DNA of 64,000 nucleotides from Escherichia coli (GTDB lineage Bacteria; Pseudomonadota; Gammaproteobacteria; Enterobacterales; Enterobacteriaceae): NCBI RefSeq assembly GCF_029227855.1, contig NZ_CP074358.1; one strand, 5' to 3'. Shown piece by piece: positions 1 to 11,327 of this stretch (position 1 is its first letter; each line of letters starts with the position of its first letter). The notes under the pieces were generated by a model. It saw only the letters and a program-made list of their open reading frames with translations, ran no database searches and was not told where the DNA came from. The position numbers and the translations under genes were made by a program.

Positions 1-393
1 ATAAGGTTACAACCGTTCATGTCATAAAGCGCCATCCGCCAGCCTTACAGGGTGCAATGTATCTTTTAAACACCTGTTTATATCTCCTTTAAACTACTTA
101 ACTACATTCATTTAAAAAGAAAACCTATTCACTGCCTGTCCTTTGGACAGACAGATATGCACCTCCCACCGCAAGCGTGGGCCCCGACCGGAGCCACTTT
201 AGTTACAACACTCAAATACAACTACCAGAAAAACCGGTCCCGCGCAGAACTGAAACCACAAAGCCCCTCCTCATAACTGAAAAGCGGCCCCGCCCCGGCC
301 CAAAGGGCCGGAACAAAGTCGCTTTTAATTATGAATGTTGTAACTAATCATCTTTATCGCTGTCAGTCTTCTGGCTGGACGTATTGAATACAC

Positions 394-585
394 GCTCGTA
401 AGCGGCCCTGACGGCCCGCTAACGCGGAGATACGCCCCGACTGCGGGTAAACCTTGTCGGGACCACTCCGACCGCGCACAGAAGCTCTCTCATGGCTGAA
501 AGCGGGTATGGTCTAGCAGGGCTGGGGATGGGTAAGGTGAAATCTTTCAATCAGTACCGGCTTACGCCGGGCTTCGGCGGTTCGG
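394..585 (+). repeat. Unassigned conserved element, copy A (23-nt core GCTCGTAAGCGGCCCTGACGGCC at 394-416 identical to 27246-27268, with patchy similarity over about 150 nt)
   Basis: Direct comparison of the two loci in the sequence; no family recognised. Confidence 0.5.
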
Positions 586-1417
586 CTATGTGCCATATGA
601 ACAACTGAGTGCCGCCTTACATGCCGCTGATGCGGCATCCAGAAAAAGGCTCCACGTCCTGAAAGATGTCAGCTTCCTTTCCTGGTCCAGCCATATTTTG
701 AATGCAGGCGCTGCTTCGTCGGTTTGTAGCCATTCAGCAAATCGACGGATTTCATCATTTGCATCCTGACGTACAGTGATATTCATATCACGCCATATCA
801 CGTAGTCTGGTGCTATTTCTACGATATTCCTGGATTACTGGCCGCCCAGTCAGCCCATGTGATCCACACATCTGCTTCAGGCTGATTCTCAAGTGCCTTA
901 CGTGCAGTTCCGCTATTGGCGCATACAAAATAATATTTTTCCGGATTGCTGCGACCGTTTCTATATTTCCCTTACGTCCGGCAATATCTTCCCAGACGCC
1001 TGTACCTGATGTATTACTGGTGCCACCACCATCATTAACGATGATACCAATCCCTGGTCTGGTCAGGTCGTCAATACTCCGGATATTTTTAGGGTTACCT
1101 TCCTTTACCAGTAAAATACTTTTTCGCAGATAAAGAGGCTGAATATCCTTTTCATTAAATCTGTCCTTATAGTCCCGAGTGATAGCAAGAGCAGATTGTT
1201 CTGATGCACCAAATAGAATATCTGCATTCTTTTTGGCATCTTCATTCCATTTATGTTGTGGACCGTAATGAATGTTCACTGTAACACCGGTTTTTTCGGC
1301 GTAAAGCTTGGCTGCATCGAGCAAGGCTGTATGTGGACCACCAGGTCCATACAAATTGATATCTGCATAAGCAGCAGAAGACAGAAATATTAAAAAACCA
1401 GCTATTGTGCTCCTCAT
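586..1417 (-). CDS. AcfC-like periplasmic solute-binding protein (accessory colonization factor family), apparently frameshifted
   Basis: ORF 788..1417 has a signal peptide and INLYGPGGPH motif typical of AcfC homologues; ORF 586..801 continues in another frame with an overlap at 788-801. Confidence 0.5.
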
Positions 1418-2201
1418 TAAGAAACTCCTTTTATTAAATGTGATGATTTTTGCAAAATAAAATATAAACCACTAAAGTCAATAGATATTATGCCCAGATA
1501 AATTTATGTGTTTTCACCATGTGCATAACTCGTCATTTATAGTTAACAAAATTAAAAAAGATTATATGTATTCTGAGGAGCATAAACCTTACACATTGAT
1601 TACATTTTTGTAATGTACAAGTCGTTTGGTATTCTTGCGGATCGCATCAATCTTGGCCTGACCAAAATGGCGGAAGCCTGCCCCGGGGCACCAAATCATC
1701 ACTCGAAGATATTCAGGCATGATACATCCGCGATGAAACCAACTCTGCCGCCCTTGCAGAGCTGGTAAACGCGCAGGGGAAAAGGCCGCTATGCAGGGGC
1801 GCTTAACCCGAAGTACGGGCAGGATCGCGGGTGTCAGTTTTATTCCCATATATCGGATCAATACAGCCCGTTTTACATCTGGAAAAGCAACCGGATACCG
1901 GCTTCCGGTAAGTTTCGTCGGCTGAGATCAGCTAAAGTCGAAAGGTCAAAAAATAGCCTTGATGTACAATAATTTTCGATATCCAAACTGCCACCTATAT
2001 TTAGGCGTTGAAATTTTTTACTTTAACTCGTTTGCAAACATCACCGACACCTGCTCCTTAACTGAACGGTATTGCTTCTCAGGAGGAGTTTTTTACATTT
2101 ATGTAAATATGCAGTGATTGTATTTTTAGTTGGTTGTATTTTAATGATAAAGCATGTAATTTATTAAAGAATTAAAATACAAAAATTATGGAACTCTCTT
2201 T

Positions 2202-2702
2202 ATGTTAAAAACATTGACAATAAACGCCATAACACAATACATTGATGATAATCTGGAAAAAGAACCCATAAAAATAGACGAGCTTGTTAATTATTCTGGA
2301 TATAGTAAAAGATATCTGCAATTACTATTCAAATCAAAAATTGGTATTAGCGTCGGGAAATATATTCAGTTAAGAAGAATCACTCGCGCAGCCACACTGC
2401 TAAGATTTACCAATTTGAGTATTTCAAATATTTCAGCAAGATTACTCTACGATTCGCAACAAACATTTACACGTGAATTTAAAAAAAACAGCGGCTATAC
2501 GCCTTTACAATACAGAAAATCTAAAGTATGGACTTTTAAAAATATGACAGTCCGTCGAGAAGCTAATAATTATATCCCGATTCCGGAAATTCGCTATTTA
2601 GAACAAAAAAAAATCATCGGCAAAAAGATTTTTATAAAGAAAAAATCCCAGCCACTAACCCATTATCGGAACTTAAATGGACCTCTGTTGATTCTCTTTT
2701 AG
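2202..2702 (+). CDS. AraC/XylS-family regulator with N-terminal HTH (Rob-like); C-terminal part may continue in another frame to about 2883
   Basis: Translation shows a typical AraC HTH pair (SGYSKRYLQLLFK ... TFTREFKK..GYTPLQYR); A/T homopolymer runs at 2600-2660 precede an in-frame continuation at 2713-2883. Confidence 0.55.
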   Translation: MLKTLTINAITQYIDDNLEKEPIKIDELVNYSGYSKRYLQLLFKSKIGISVGKYIQLRRITRAATLLRFTNLSISNISARLLYDSQQTFTREFKKNSGYTPLQYRKSKVWTFKNMTVRREANNYIPIPEIRYLEQKKIIGKKIFIKKKSQPLTHYRNLNGPLLILF

Positions 2703-3149
2703 CTAAATCGAATGATTCTGTTTATATTTCGCATAAGTTTGAATTGGATAAAATAGACAATAACTACATGTATTTTAATGCAGTTCTCTGGGGAGCAAAT
2801 GAGGATAATAAATACAATGGTGAAGAATTAACTGAAGGTTTTACGCTTATTTCCACTTTAATGGTTCAAGAGAGGAATACATAAAACTAATATATAATAT
2901 ATACTTAATTGCAGTGCCATTTTATGGGTTGCAAAAAAAAGATTCCTATGACCTTGAAATAATAACAAAAACTTATGATGATGCATGCTTTTTTGAGTAT
3001 TTTCTACCGATAGAAAAAGAAGAGTGAATTTTAAGATTGTATATTCATTCCATTACTCCAGATATCTGACAATAATGTTGAAAAGCAATCTGTTGGGATT
3101 ATTTACTAACCCGGCTCGATGTTTATCGGTCCAGTACTTCCCTGTATAA

Positions 3150-3800
3150 CATTTGTCTGTTCACAATAGCATGCTCAGAATTCGCTATCGGGAGGCTCTG
3201 CTATCACGTTTTGCTGCGGCACGGGCTCTGATTAAATCCCGAATAGCTTCATGAGTCAGGTCAGGGAGCCAAACAAGGGTAAGTTCACCTGCTCGCAGTA
3301 ACCAAGCGAGAGAAATTACGTCCCGATGATCATTTTGGCCCTGTCTGTCAGTGATTCTGGTATTTTATACTCATCGCTGTAAGTTGATAATATAGCACAA
3401 ACCACAGTGGGGCAGCCTCATAGCAGGAAAGAATGTTTCCGTAAAGTTCCTGCAATTTTTGAAATAATCGACGTACAGCCTAGCCCGACGTAGGTCGCAA
3501 TATTTTCCGAAAGCATGATGACCTCCTCTGGAATATCCAACCAATACTATAGCGAGTATATAAAGGTCATACCATCTATGCCTTCTTTGGCAGCGTTCTG
3601 GCTATCGACAAGCTCGGTTTTCACACTGCCGCCAAAGTAGCTGAAGGCTCGCACCAGATACTTATTGAACTCCACCCATCTAAACACGACCGCTGATTTC
3701 ACGGGTACTCTGCCTGTATGTGCCCGTTACGATGGCTGTGCAACGGATTTATGCTCAAGCAGTAGCTCATTCTGGCTTATGAGTAGATGATGAGCTCCTC
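3150..3800 (-). mobile_element. IS debris: fragments of an IS110-family and an IS2-group (IS3 family) transposase
   Basis: Minus-strand translations give transposase-like fragments (LAWLLRAGELTLVWLPDLTHEAIRDLIRARAAAKRD; RAHTGRVPVKSAVV); no intact ORF. Confidence 0.4.
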
Positions 3801-3869
3801 CTTGAAAACAGTACCAGTCTAAACTGAAGTCTCCGGTCTTTCTTCCTGCTCACAGAGAGGTTTATTATC

Positions 3870-4136
3870 ATGAAAAAGACCCGTTATACCGAAGAACAGA
3901 TTGCTTTTGCGCTGAAACAGGCCGAAACCGGCACCCGCGTCGGGGAAGTCTGCAGAAAGATGGGCATTTCTGAGGCCACCTTGTACAACCGGAAGAAGAA
4001 ATTTGCCGGTCTGGGCGTGACGAAACTGCGGCGTCTGCGGCAACTGGAGGATGAAAATCAGCGGCTGAAGATACTGGGGACCGATCTGAGTCTGGATAAG
4101 GAGATGCTTCAGGAGGTACTGAAACAAAAGTTCTGA
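3870..4136 (+). CDS. IS3-family transposase OrfA (HTH)
   Basis: 88-aa ORF with HTH and leucine-zipper-like C-terminus typical of IS3-family OrfA. Confidence 0.7.
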   Translation: MKKTRYTEEQIAFALKQAETGTRVGEVCRKMGISEATLYNRKKKFAGLGVTKLRRLRQLEDENQRLKILGTDLSLDKEMLQEVLKQKF

Positions 4137-4158
4137 GGCCGGCTCAGAAGCGCCAAGC

Positions 4159-4661
4159 GTGTATTTCCTGCAGGAAGCATATCGTATCAGTGTCCGCCGG
4201 GGATGCGGGTTTCTGATGCAGAGCAGAACTGTCTACCACTGGCAGAGCCGGCGTGACCCCGGATACGGTATGGGTGTCCGCGTATTCATATTCAGCTGCG
4301 GCGGGAGGGCTGGCTTGTTAATCATAAGAAAACACACCGGATTTACTGTCTGGAAGGCCTCAACCTGCGCAGAAAGTGCCCCCGCAGACATATCAGTGCA
4401 GCACATCGCCGGCAACGCCCGGTCCTGACGCATATCGATCAGTGCTGGAGTATGGATTTCGTGTCGGATAATCTGTTTAACGGACGGCGTTTCCGGGCGC
4501 TGACTGTAGTCGATAATTTTAGTCGGGAGTGTCTGACGATCCATGCCGGAAAGTCGCTGAAACGCGAGGATGTGATCAGTGTGATGGAAGGGAGACGGGG
4601 CTGGGTAAGCGCCTTCCGGTACGTATTCAGACAGATTACCCGTTTATCCGGTGCGCCGTAA
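4159..4661 (+). pseudogene. IS3-family transposase OrfB, fragmented
   Basis: Two short ORFs (4159..4428, 4452..4661) in different frames with integrase-core motifs; C-terminal portion missing. Confidence 0.6.
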
Positions 4662-4901
4662 AACCCAGTCCTTCAGAGCGGGGATATAAGGCGCGGTTTT
4701 CCACCTGACCAGGTGTTTGCTGTTGTTCAATGTATTGGCGGATATTGGCGCACCTCCGCTGCTACTGGCAAAATAGCCAGGACTCCACAAAACGCCTTTG
4801 TAGTAATACCTGACTGCACTAACTGGTCGATCTCGTCGCAGTAACCTACCCGATACGCCCTTGAGGCTGTTTGATCCTACCCACGTAATATGGACACAGG
4901 C

Positions 4902-5768
4902 CTAAGCGAGGTTCTGGTTTTCAAATTGTTCCGGACTGAGGCCGCCACACCAACTGTGCCGCCGCCACCGATTGTAATCACATTCGATATAATTAAACAC
5001 CGTTGCCCGCATTATTTCCCGGCTGATAAAGTGTTCTCCATGGATACATTCCACTTTCAGCGAATGAAAGAAGCTTTCCACGCAGGCATTATCGTAGCAG
5101 CAACCTTTTGCGCTCATACTTCCACGCAGATTATGCCGCTTCAGTTGCGCCTGATAATCTGCTGAACAGTACTGGCCTCCACGGTCCGTGTGAACGATAA
5201 CGTTCCGGGGCCTCTTACGCCGCCACAGCGCCATCTGCAGGGCATCGCAGGCCAGTTGCGCCGTCATGCGTGGCGACATTGACCAGCCAATAACGGCACG
5301 TGACCACAGGTCAATGACCACTGCCAGATACAGCCAGCCTTCATCTGTACGTAAGTACATGATGTCTCCTGCCCACTTCTGGTTCGGGCCACTGGCGTAA
5401 AAATCCTGCTCCAACAGATTTTCTGACACAGGCAGGCCGTGTGCGCGGTAGCTGACCGGGCTGAACTTCCGGGAGGCCTTTGCCCTCAGTCCCTGACGGC
5501 GCAGGCTTGCCGCCACGGTTTTTACGTTAAAAGGGTAACCCTGAGCACGCAGTTCATCCGTCAGGCGTGGGGCACCGTAACGCTGTTTTGACCGGGTAAA
5601 AGCCGCGAGGACAACGCTGTCGCAGTGTTGGCGGAACTGCTGACGCGTGCTTATCCTTGTCCGCCGCTGACACCACGTATACCAGCCGCTGCGGGCCACC
5701 CGGAGCACGCGGCACATTGCTTTGATGCTGAACTCAGCCTGATGTTTTTCAATAAAGACATACTTCAT
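4902..5768 (-). CDS. insF: IS3 transposase OrfB (InsF)
   Basis: 288-aa ORF with DDE integrase core; overlaps insE as expected for programmed frameshift. Confidence 0.9.
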   Translation of the reverse strand: MKYVFIEKHQAEFSIKAMCRVLRVARSGWYTWCQRRTRISTRQQFRQHCDSVVLAAFTRSKQRYGAPRLTDELRAQGYPFNVKTVAASLRRQGLRAKASRKFSPVSYRAHGLPVSENLLEQDFYASGPNQKWAGDIMYLRTDEGWLYLAVVIDLWSRAVIGWSMSPRMTAQLACDALQMALWRRKRPRNVIVHTDRGGQYCSADYQAQLKRHNLRGSMSAKGCCYDNACVESFFHSLKVECIHGEHFISREIMRATVFNYIECDYNRWRRHSWCGGLSPEQFENQNLA

Positions 5769-6064
5769 TTCAGGCGCTTCGCGAAGTATGTCGCGGCCTT
5801 TTGGAGGATAGCCAGCTCTTCATCCCGTTCTGCCAGCTGGCGTTTGAGACGTGCAATCTCGGTAGACATCTCCAGTTCACGTTCAGAAGACGTCTGCTGA
5901 TTTTGCTGTTTACTGCGCCAGTTGTAGAGCTGTGATTCATACAGGCTGAGTTCACGGGCTGCGGCAGTAACACCGATGCGTTCAGCAAGCTTCAGGGCTT
6001 CACTGCGAAATTCAGGCGAATGCTGTTTACGGGGTTTTTTACTGGTTGATACTGTTTTTGTCAT
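5765..6064 (-). CDS. insE: IS3 transposase OrfA (InsE)
   Basis: Translation [32 protein letters not shown]... matches IS3 InsE as recalled; ATG at 6062-6064. Confidence 0.9.
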   Translation of the reverse strand: MTKTVSTSKKPRKQHSPEFRSEALKLAERIGVTAAARELSLYESQLYNWRSKQQNQQTSSERELEMSTEIARLKRQLAERDEELAILQKAATYFAKRLK

Positions 6065-6347
6065 GTGAGTCACCTCTCTTGACTGAGAGTTTACTCACTT
6101 AGCCGCGTGTCCACTATTGCTGGGTAAGATCATATCAACATTCGCACAGTGATGGATTGTCCCCTTCAGAACAATTTTATCTGTTGGCCGCCTGAAATAC
6201 AGGCAATGTCAATTTTGCTGACTTTCCACCATTAACGCGACAGAGCTAGCCGTCATCATCCGGGAGCTTAACCTGTGCTGAACCCTCTGTATCTCGTGAG
6301 GGGCCGGTGTTCGCCCAACACGAGTTCACCGGCCCCTTACAATTTGA

Positions 6348-7508
6348 TTAATTCACCACCCATCTGGAGGTAAGCTTTAATATCACATTTTTCTGACCTG
6401 TTACCGATGGCATACCGTACTTACACAGAGCAAAGTTAACTTTATCCGTCGCTGTATAGTGTTGTTGGTATGGAATACTCCGAATCAAATATTCTTTATT
6501 AAATAAATTTTTATTGTCAGTAGTGGAATTGCAATCAGGATTGTTATTTATATTGAAAACTATTCCAAGAGCGGAGTCAGAAGCAATCTGATAACGCATT
6601 GAACTGGTATTTAGTGCTCCCCCCGAAACAGCTTCCATCTTCAGATATTGTTGTGTGTTGCCGGGTGCATAGTAACAATCTGTTGTTACAGATGTTGAAA
6701 CATTTTTTAAAATTCCGTTGCCGGCATTAGAATAAATTGTCCCAAAATCAAAGTTGTTTTTATCGGCTTTGATGTAACATCTCTGTGGAACTGATATTGT
6801 TCCACTAAGATACAGTTTTGCTGTGGTTGGATGTACGTTATTACCTGCCTTATTACCTATAATTAACTCAAGTTCTAATACTTTAACATCCTTAAAAGTG
6901 ACACTCTTTGCAGAAAGGTTTTTCGGAAGCTTTACATAAACATAAGGCATACCACTATTACTATGCATATAAGCCCCGACTGAATAGTCACAACCATTTA
7001 TGTTACCACAATATCCTTGCGTTGATGCGAATGCAGAGGCTATATCTTGTTGCAAATTAGGTGGTGACGAAAAATTGTTATCGATAGAGGCAAGGGTATT
7101 CCATCTATTCCCCCCCCTGTTGTTACGCTCATATATCCCAACTGCTGGAGCTCTGTCCGGAAACGCAACGGTGAGCATATAAGTGTTACCTGCATCATCA
7201 GATATGGTGGCTGCATATCTTCTCAAATTAAGGATGTAACTTGCTTTGCCATTATATCCTAAGCCAATCTCTCCTGCTGTGCATATAAACGTGTATGGAC
7301 TACACGGATAAACGTAATTGGTTATTTCGCTCATCGTCCCAAGATTCAGCTTACCTAACTTCAACCAGGTATCCGGAACATTGGTAGTCGCAAAACTCTC
7401 ATTAACGTTAAAAGTCTGATTCGATGGGGTAAAAACATTATAAGCCATTGTTATTTTTGCATACAACAAACAGAGCAGCATTATAAAAATGTTATAATTT
7501 TTTTTCAT
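6348..7508 (-). CDS. Fimbrial tip adhesin-like subunit
   Basis: 386-aa ORF with signal peptide, last gene of the chaperone-usher operon. Confidence 0.6.
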   Translation of the reverse strand: MKKNYNIFIMLLCLLYAKITMAYNVFTPSNQTFNVNESFATTNVPDTWLKLGKLNLGTMSEITNYVYPCSPYTFICTAGEIGLGYNGKASYILNLRRYAATISDDAGNTYMLTVAFPDRAPAVGIYERNNRGGNRWNTLASIDNNFSSPPNLQQDIASAFASTQGYCGNINGCDYSVGAYMHSNSGMPYVYVKLPKNLSAKSVTFKDVKVLELELIIGNKAGNNVHPTTAKLYLSGTISVPQRCYIKADKNNFDFGTIYSNAGNGILKNVSTSVTTDCYYAPGNTQQYLKMEAVSGGALNTSSMRYQIASDSALGIVFNINNNPDCNSTTDNKNLFNKEYLIRSIPYQQHYTATDKVNFALCKYGMPSVTGQKNVILKLTSRWVVN

Positions 7509-7530
7509 ATTTCACAAAACCAACAAAGCA

Positions 7531-8046
7531 TCAATTATACGTAATATTCAAGTTAACTGAGGTATCTATTTTGCCAGAAGTTACAGCAGCAGAGCTTCTG
7601 CCTTTCATCACGGAAGCTGTAACAGGGAAGTCAAATGAGCCGCCATTGCCAGCAGATATATTTTTGCCATCTTTCAGCTGTATTCTTTTCCCGCTACTAT
7701 CATAAAGTCCTATTGCAACACCTGAGGCATAGTCCCCCCCTGCTTTGTTCTTTATAAGATTTTTGTCTCCATCAACATAATCACCAGAAAATGATATCGT
7801 AACATTATTAACATTCGTACAGTCAGTAAAAGAGAATGTAACCTTCTTTTTTACATTTTCCGATACAATGTCGGATATCTCAATCTCTCCGAAGTCAATC
7901 GACAGGTCTGCATTTTTCAGTTTGCACACAGGTGGTTCAATATTGACAGAGAAAGTCATATCGACAGACTGTGAAACCTGATCACCACCGATAGCTCCGG
8001 CAGTAACAAAAAGTAAAAACCATACTGGATTCAAACAATATTTCAT
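7531..8046 (-). CDS. Minor fimbrial subunit
   Basis: Signal peptide MKYCLNPVWFLLFVTAGAIG from ATG at 8044-8046; pilin-sized, Gly/Ser-rich beta-type sequence. Confidence 0.6.
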   Translation of the reverse strand: MKYCLNPVWFLLFVTAGAIGGDQVSQSVDMTFSVNIEPPVCKLKNADLSIDFGEIEISDIVSENVKKKVTFSFTDCTNVNNVTISFSGDYVDGDKNLIKNKAGGDYASGVAIGLYDSSGKRIQLKDGKNISAGNGGSFDFPVTASVMKGRSSAAVTSGKIDTSVNLNITYN

Positions 8047-8113
8047 CGAGTGTTTCCCTGCGAATGACGTTTCTGACAGAGTGATTTGATACATTTGTCC
8101 AAATCCCATCCAT

Positions 8114-8800
8114 TTAACGACACACCATTCTCCCGTATTCAATAATTCCCCGGTCATCCACATAACCGTATTCGTATGCACCTGCCGTCATTCCGTTCCC
8201 CACAGACTGCTCCGCACCCGGTGCCATTATCAGCGGAGCTTCCTCCACCTTCCGGTCCTGTCTGCCCTTTATCTCTGTCAGCGTCACATAATGTCGCCCA
8301 CGGTTATGCAGCATCAATCTGCCTCCCGGACGGAGGTCACAGGACAGAGTTGGCTTTTCCTGCGCTATCCCCGCCGTACGCGAACGCAGAAACACTTTCA
8401 GTCTCAGCATGACCGGAATGGTCAGCCTGTTGCGATCGTCAGGCTCCGTCGACGGTATCAGCCTGATGACAAGCCAGTTCAGGCCCTCCCTTTCCTCACG
8501 CCACTGCGACAGTGCCGGTGTAATCAGCAGCCGGCGGGAAAAATCCGCCTCCAGCCGGGACAGTTCAGGATAAACATGCCCCGTCCTGACACCGTTTTCA
8601 TCTTCAAGCCAGGTCTGCATCAGCCAGGGCTCCGCGCCGGGATTAGTTACAGTCAGGTTTCCAGTGGCGTTCCCATCCTCACCTTGCCTGATAATTACCC
8701 GGCTTTTTTCCGGGTACGGTATCTGCCCGCCAGTCCCGGCGCAGACTCCGCCAGAGCACAGACAGGAAAGAACAATAAAAAGAATGCTCCTCAGCGACAT
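8114..8800 (-). CDS. Periplasmic pilus chaperone (PapD-like)
   Basis: 228-aa ORF with signal peptide, downstream of the usher. Confidence 0.7.
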   Translation of the reverse strand: MSLRSILFIVLSCLCSGGVCAGTGGQIPYPEKSRVIIRQGEDGNATGNLTVTNPGAEPWLMQTWLEDENGVRTGHVYPELSRLEADFSRRLLITPALSQWREEREGLNWLVIRLIPSTEPDDRNRLTIPVMLRLKVFLRSRTAGIAQEKPTLSCDLRPGGRLMLHNRGRHYVTLTEIKGRQDRKVEEAPLIMAPGAEQSVGNGMTAGAYEYGYVDDRGIIEYGRMVCR

Positions 8801-11298
8801 ACCGCCATCGTCTCCGTCACAGGACCGGACTGTTTTTTATCCTGCGGCAGGACAAAATCGACGTAACACTGCTTTCCGCCGCTGTTCACCGTCAGCCGTC
8901 CTTTCTCCGGCACACCGGCCAGGTAGACCCGTCCCTCGTCGCCCACAATGCCGGTGTTCTCCTTACCCGACGGCATGCCGTCCAGAGAAACAACCGTACC
9001 AAACGGCAGGACGCTACCGTCAGGACGTTTCAGGGTGAACACCACCTGGCCTCCGCGGTACACTGCATAATCAAGAACAACCACAGCACCACGGGAAGGA
9101 ACGGTACGTGCTGAAGTCTCTGCCAGCACGATATCGTCCGGCAGCCCGTCTGTACGCAGGTCAATCCTGTTTTCGGTATATAGCTGTGGCGATGAAATCA
9201 GCGCCGTTCCCGGCCAGGTGGTCCGTCCGCCCGCACTGGTACCGATACCGGACACACCACTGGTATTCACCACAATGGCACCGTTCTCCGTCACACTGTT
9301 ACTGCCGAAAGCCACGCCGCCCGTCCAGGCGACAGCAGAGCCTGACAGGCTGAAATCTGTCGTTCTGTATCCGCCACTGCGGGTATACCCCAACGATGCC
9401 GTGGTGAAGTCACTGTTCCAGGTCAGTGAGGCACTCTGTCCCTCAGCTGTACCACCATTGCCCCAACTCTCTCCCACACGGTAACGCACACGGGTGTCCG
9501 GCACATTGCCGCTCAGTGTAGCCGTGTGCCGTAACTGACGGTCCGTGCGTGTCGCACTCCATGACAAAGAGGAGGACGTCGGCTCATCCCTCCCCAGCAG
9601 CCGGCTCAGCGGCACACTCATGTAGAAATCAATCTGATGGTTGTTATCGTAGCCATAGCTGTTCCCCTTCATCTGGTCCATGGAAAAGGTGGTACTGAAA
9701 TAAATATCCTTCCAGTTAAAGCTGTGGGACAGTGAGAACGAGCGGTTCACCGCCCCACTGGTCCAGTAATCCAGCTGTGATGCACTCAGGGACAGGGATC
9801 CCAGTTCACCCAGAGACTGGTTCAGACTCAGGGTCATTCTGTTTTTCAGCCGGTTTTCCCACACATAACGGGCCTGTTCCGTCCGGGACACAAAATCCCC
9901 GAATGAATAGAAATCTTTCGTTGAATAACGGTAGGTGGCCAGCGTTACCGTCGTGCCTATTTGCACCTGGCTTTTGGAGTATTTCAGGCCGTATGACAGA
10001 CCGGTATGAATGTCGTTATACTTTTCAGCACGCGATACAGAAACGTCGGCAGAGACCGCCCCCACGCGCCCCAGCGAAAGAGTACTGCCGATGCCTGCCG
10101 ACTGATACTTTCCGGCCTGCAGCGTTTCACCAAACATGGTGATGCCGTGGCCGAAGCCACGTGACCAGGCACCGTATACAAATGACGGGTCGTCATAGTA
10201 CTCTTCAGAACCGTTGTTATCGTAACGCCCTGCGGCAAGTTCAAATCCTGACACCCCCTCACGCTTCATCTCCGGCAGCGTGGAAAAAGGCTGAATAAAG
10301 CTGTGTTCGCTGCCGTCCGACTCCCGGACCGTGACCACCAGGTCACCGGAGTAGCCGGATATGCTGAAGTCATTCAGTTCAAAGGGGCCGGCAGGTACGT
10401 TGGTCTGATACACCTGGCGCCCATTCTGGGTCACCACCACTACAGCCTGCGTGCGCGCAATCCCCCGAATGGTCGGTGAGTAGTTCCGCAGACGGGAGTT
10501 CAGCATGTCATCATTACTGTAGAGCCGGACCCCACGGAAACTGATGGGATCAAGGATCATCCCGCCAGTGGAAACCTCACCGATACGCAGGGAAGCACGC
10601 AATACACCGATATCCCGCTCAAGATAGGTGTTATAGAAACTGGTGTTTTCACTCCGGCTATGCGACCACCGGGAGTCCGTCTGATACTGAGTGTAGTTAC
10701 CTGTCGTTCTCAGACGCCATGGCCCCAGGTTAAGGCCAAGCCGGGCGCTGGCAAACAGGCTTCGCGATGAGTAATCATCAGAATCATTCCGGTTCCCGGT
10801 CAGGCTGTAATCCATCAGCAGAGCCGGAACACCGTTCTCCCAGGTTTCTGGCGCGGAACGTAACTGCGCCGCCTGCCCCAGAAAAGCCTGAGGCACGCGA
10901 ATATCCACTCTGCCATCCCCCTGATTAAAGGTGATGCTGCTGTAGGCTGTCTGAGACATGAAATCCGCGGAAGATATCACTCCGTCTTTTTTTTCCGGTC
11001 GGTATCTGGCATCCAGCAGATTATCAAAGAAATCCGCCGGAAAGTCGGGCAGTAATCCCTTATCTCCGGAGTTACGGAAATTCAGTTTTCTGCGGGTGTA
11101 AAAATCATCATTAATATAGACACTGACCTCCTGCTCACCTTCAATTCCGCCACCAGGATGTGAGAATACAGACAGGTCGATGTTTTCACCACCAATACCG
11201 GCAGCCAGCAGTGACGGGTCAAAATAATCCCCTCCCGCCGCACGGTTACTGATAAAAATAAGCAATGATGGTAATAATAAAGTTTTTCTCAGTCTCAT
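8791..11298 (-). CDS. Fimbrial outer-membrane usher
   Basis: 835-aa ORF with signal peptide; size and composition typical of FimD/PapC-family ushers. Confidence 0.85.
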   Translation of the reverse strand: MRLRKTLLLPSLLIFISNRAAGGDYFDPSLLAAGIGGENIDLSVFSHPGGGIEGEQEVSVYINDDFYTRRKLNFRNSGDKGLLPDFPADFFDNLLDARYRPEKKDGVISSADFMSQTAYSSITFNQGDGRVDIRVPQAFLGQAAQLRSAPETWENGVPALLMDYSLTGNRNDSDDYSSRSLFASARLGLNLGPWRLRTTGNYTQYQTDSRWSHSRSENTSFYNTYLERDIGVLRASLRIGEVSTGGMILDPISFRGVRLYSNDDMLNSRLRNYSPTIRGIARTQAVVVVTQNGRQVYQTNVPAGPFELNDFSISGYSGDLVVTVRESDGSEHSFIQPFSTLPEMKREGVSGFELAAGRYDNNGSEEYYDDPSFVYGAWSRGFGHGITMFGETLQAGKYQSAGIGSTLSLGRVGAVSADVSVSRAEKYNDIHTGLSYGLKYSKSQVQIGTTVTLATYRYSTKDFYSFGDFVSRTEQARYVWENRLKNRMTLSLNQSLGELGSLSLSASQLDYWTSGAVNRSFSLSHSFNWKDIYFSTTFSMDQMKGNSYGYDNNHQIDFYMSVPLSRLLGRDEPTSSSLSWSATRTDRQLRHTATLSGNVPDTRVRYRVGESWGNGGTAEGQSASLTWNSDFTTASLGYTRSGGYRTTDFSLSGSAVAWTGGVAFGSNSVTENGAIVVNTSGVSGIGTSAGGRTTWPGTALISSPQLYTENRIDLRTDGLPDDIVLAETSARTVPSRGAVVVLDYAVYRGGQVVFTLKRPDGSVLPFGTVVSLDGMPSGKENTGIVGDEGRVYLAGVPEKGRLTVNSGGKQCYVDFVLPQDKKQSGPVTETMAVCR

Positions 11299-11327
11299 AA
11301 TATCCCGTCAGTACCGGATATTTTTAA

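Larger units (their letters stand above)
3803..4680 (+). mobile_element. Partial, degraded IS3-family element (boundaries approximate)
   Basis: orfA-like ORF followed by broken orfB fragments carrying the DDE-core motif DFVSD...GRRFRALTVVDNFSRECL. Confidence 0.6.
4872..6132 (-). mobile_element. IS3: IS3, copy 1 (complete, 1261 bp)
   Basis: Ends TGATCC...GGTAAGATCA match IS3 terminal repeats as recalled; encodes InsE and InsF. Confidence 0.9.

Noticed and set aside
810-1133. 107-aa plus-strand ORF
   Set aside because: Lies antisense to the AcfC-like gene, with no RBS or recognisable motif; treated as a shadow ORF.
1589-1861. 90-aa minus-strand ORF in an AT-rich intergenic stretch
   Set aside because: No recognisable motif, RBS or partner gene; left unannotated.
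9108-10142. Several 80-136 aa plus-strand ORFs inside the usher gene
   Set aside because: Entirely within, and antisense to, a long well-supported usher ORF; Pro/Arg-rich translations typical of out-of-frame reads.
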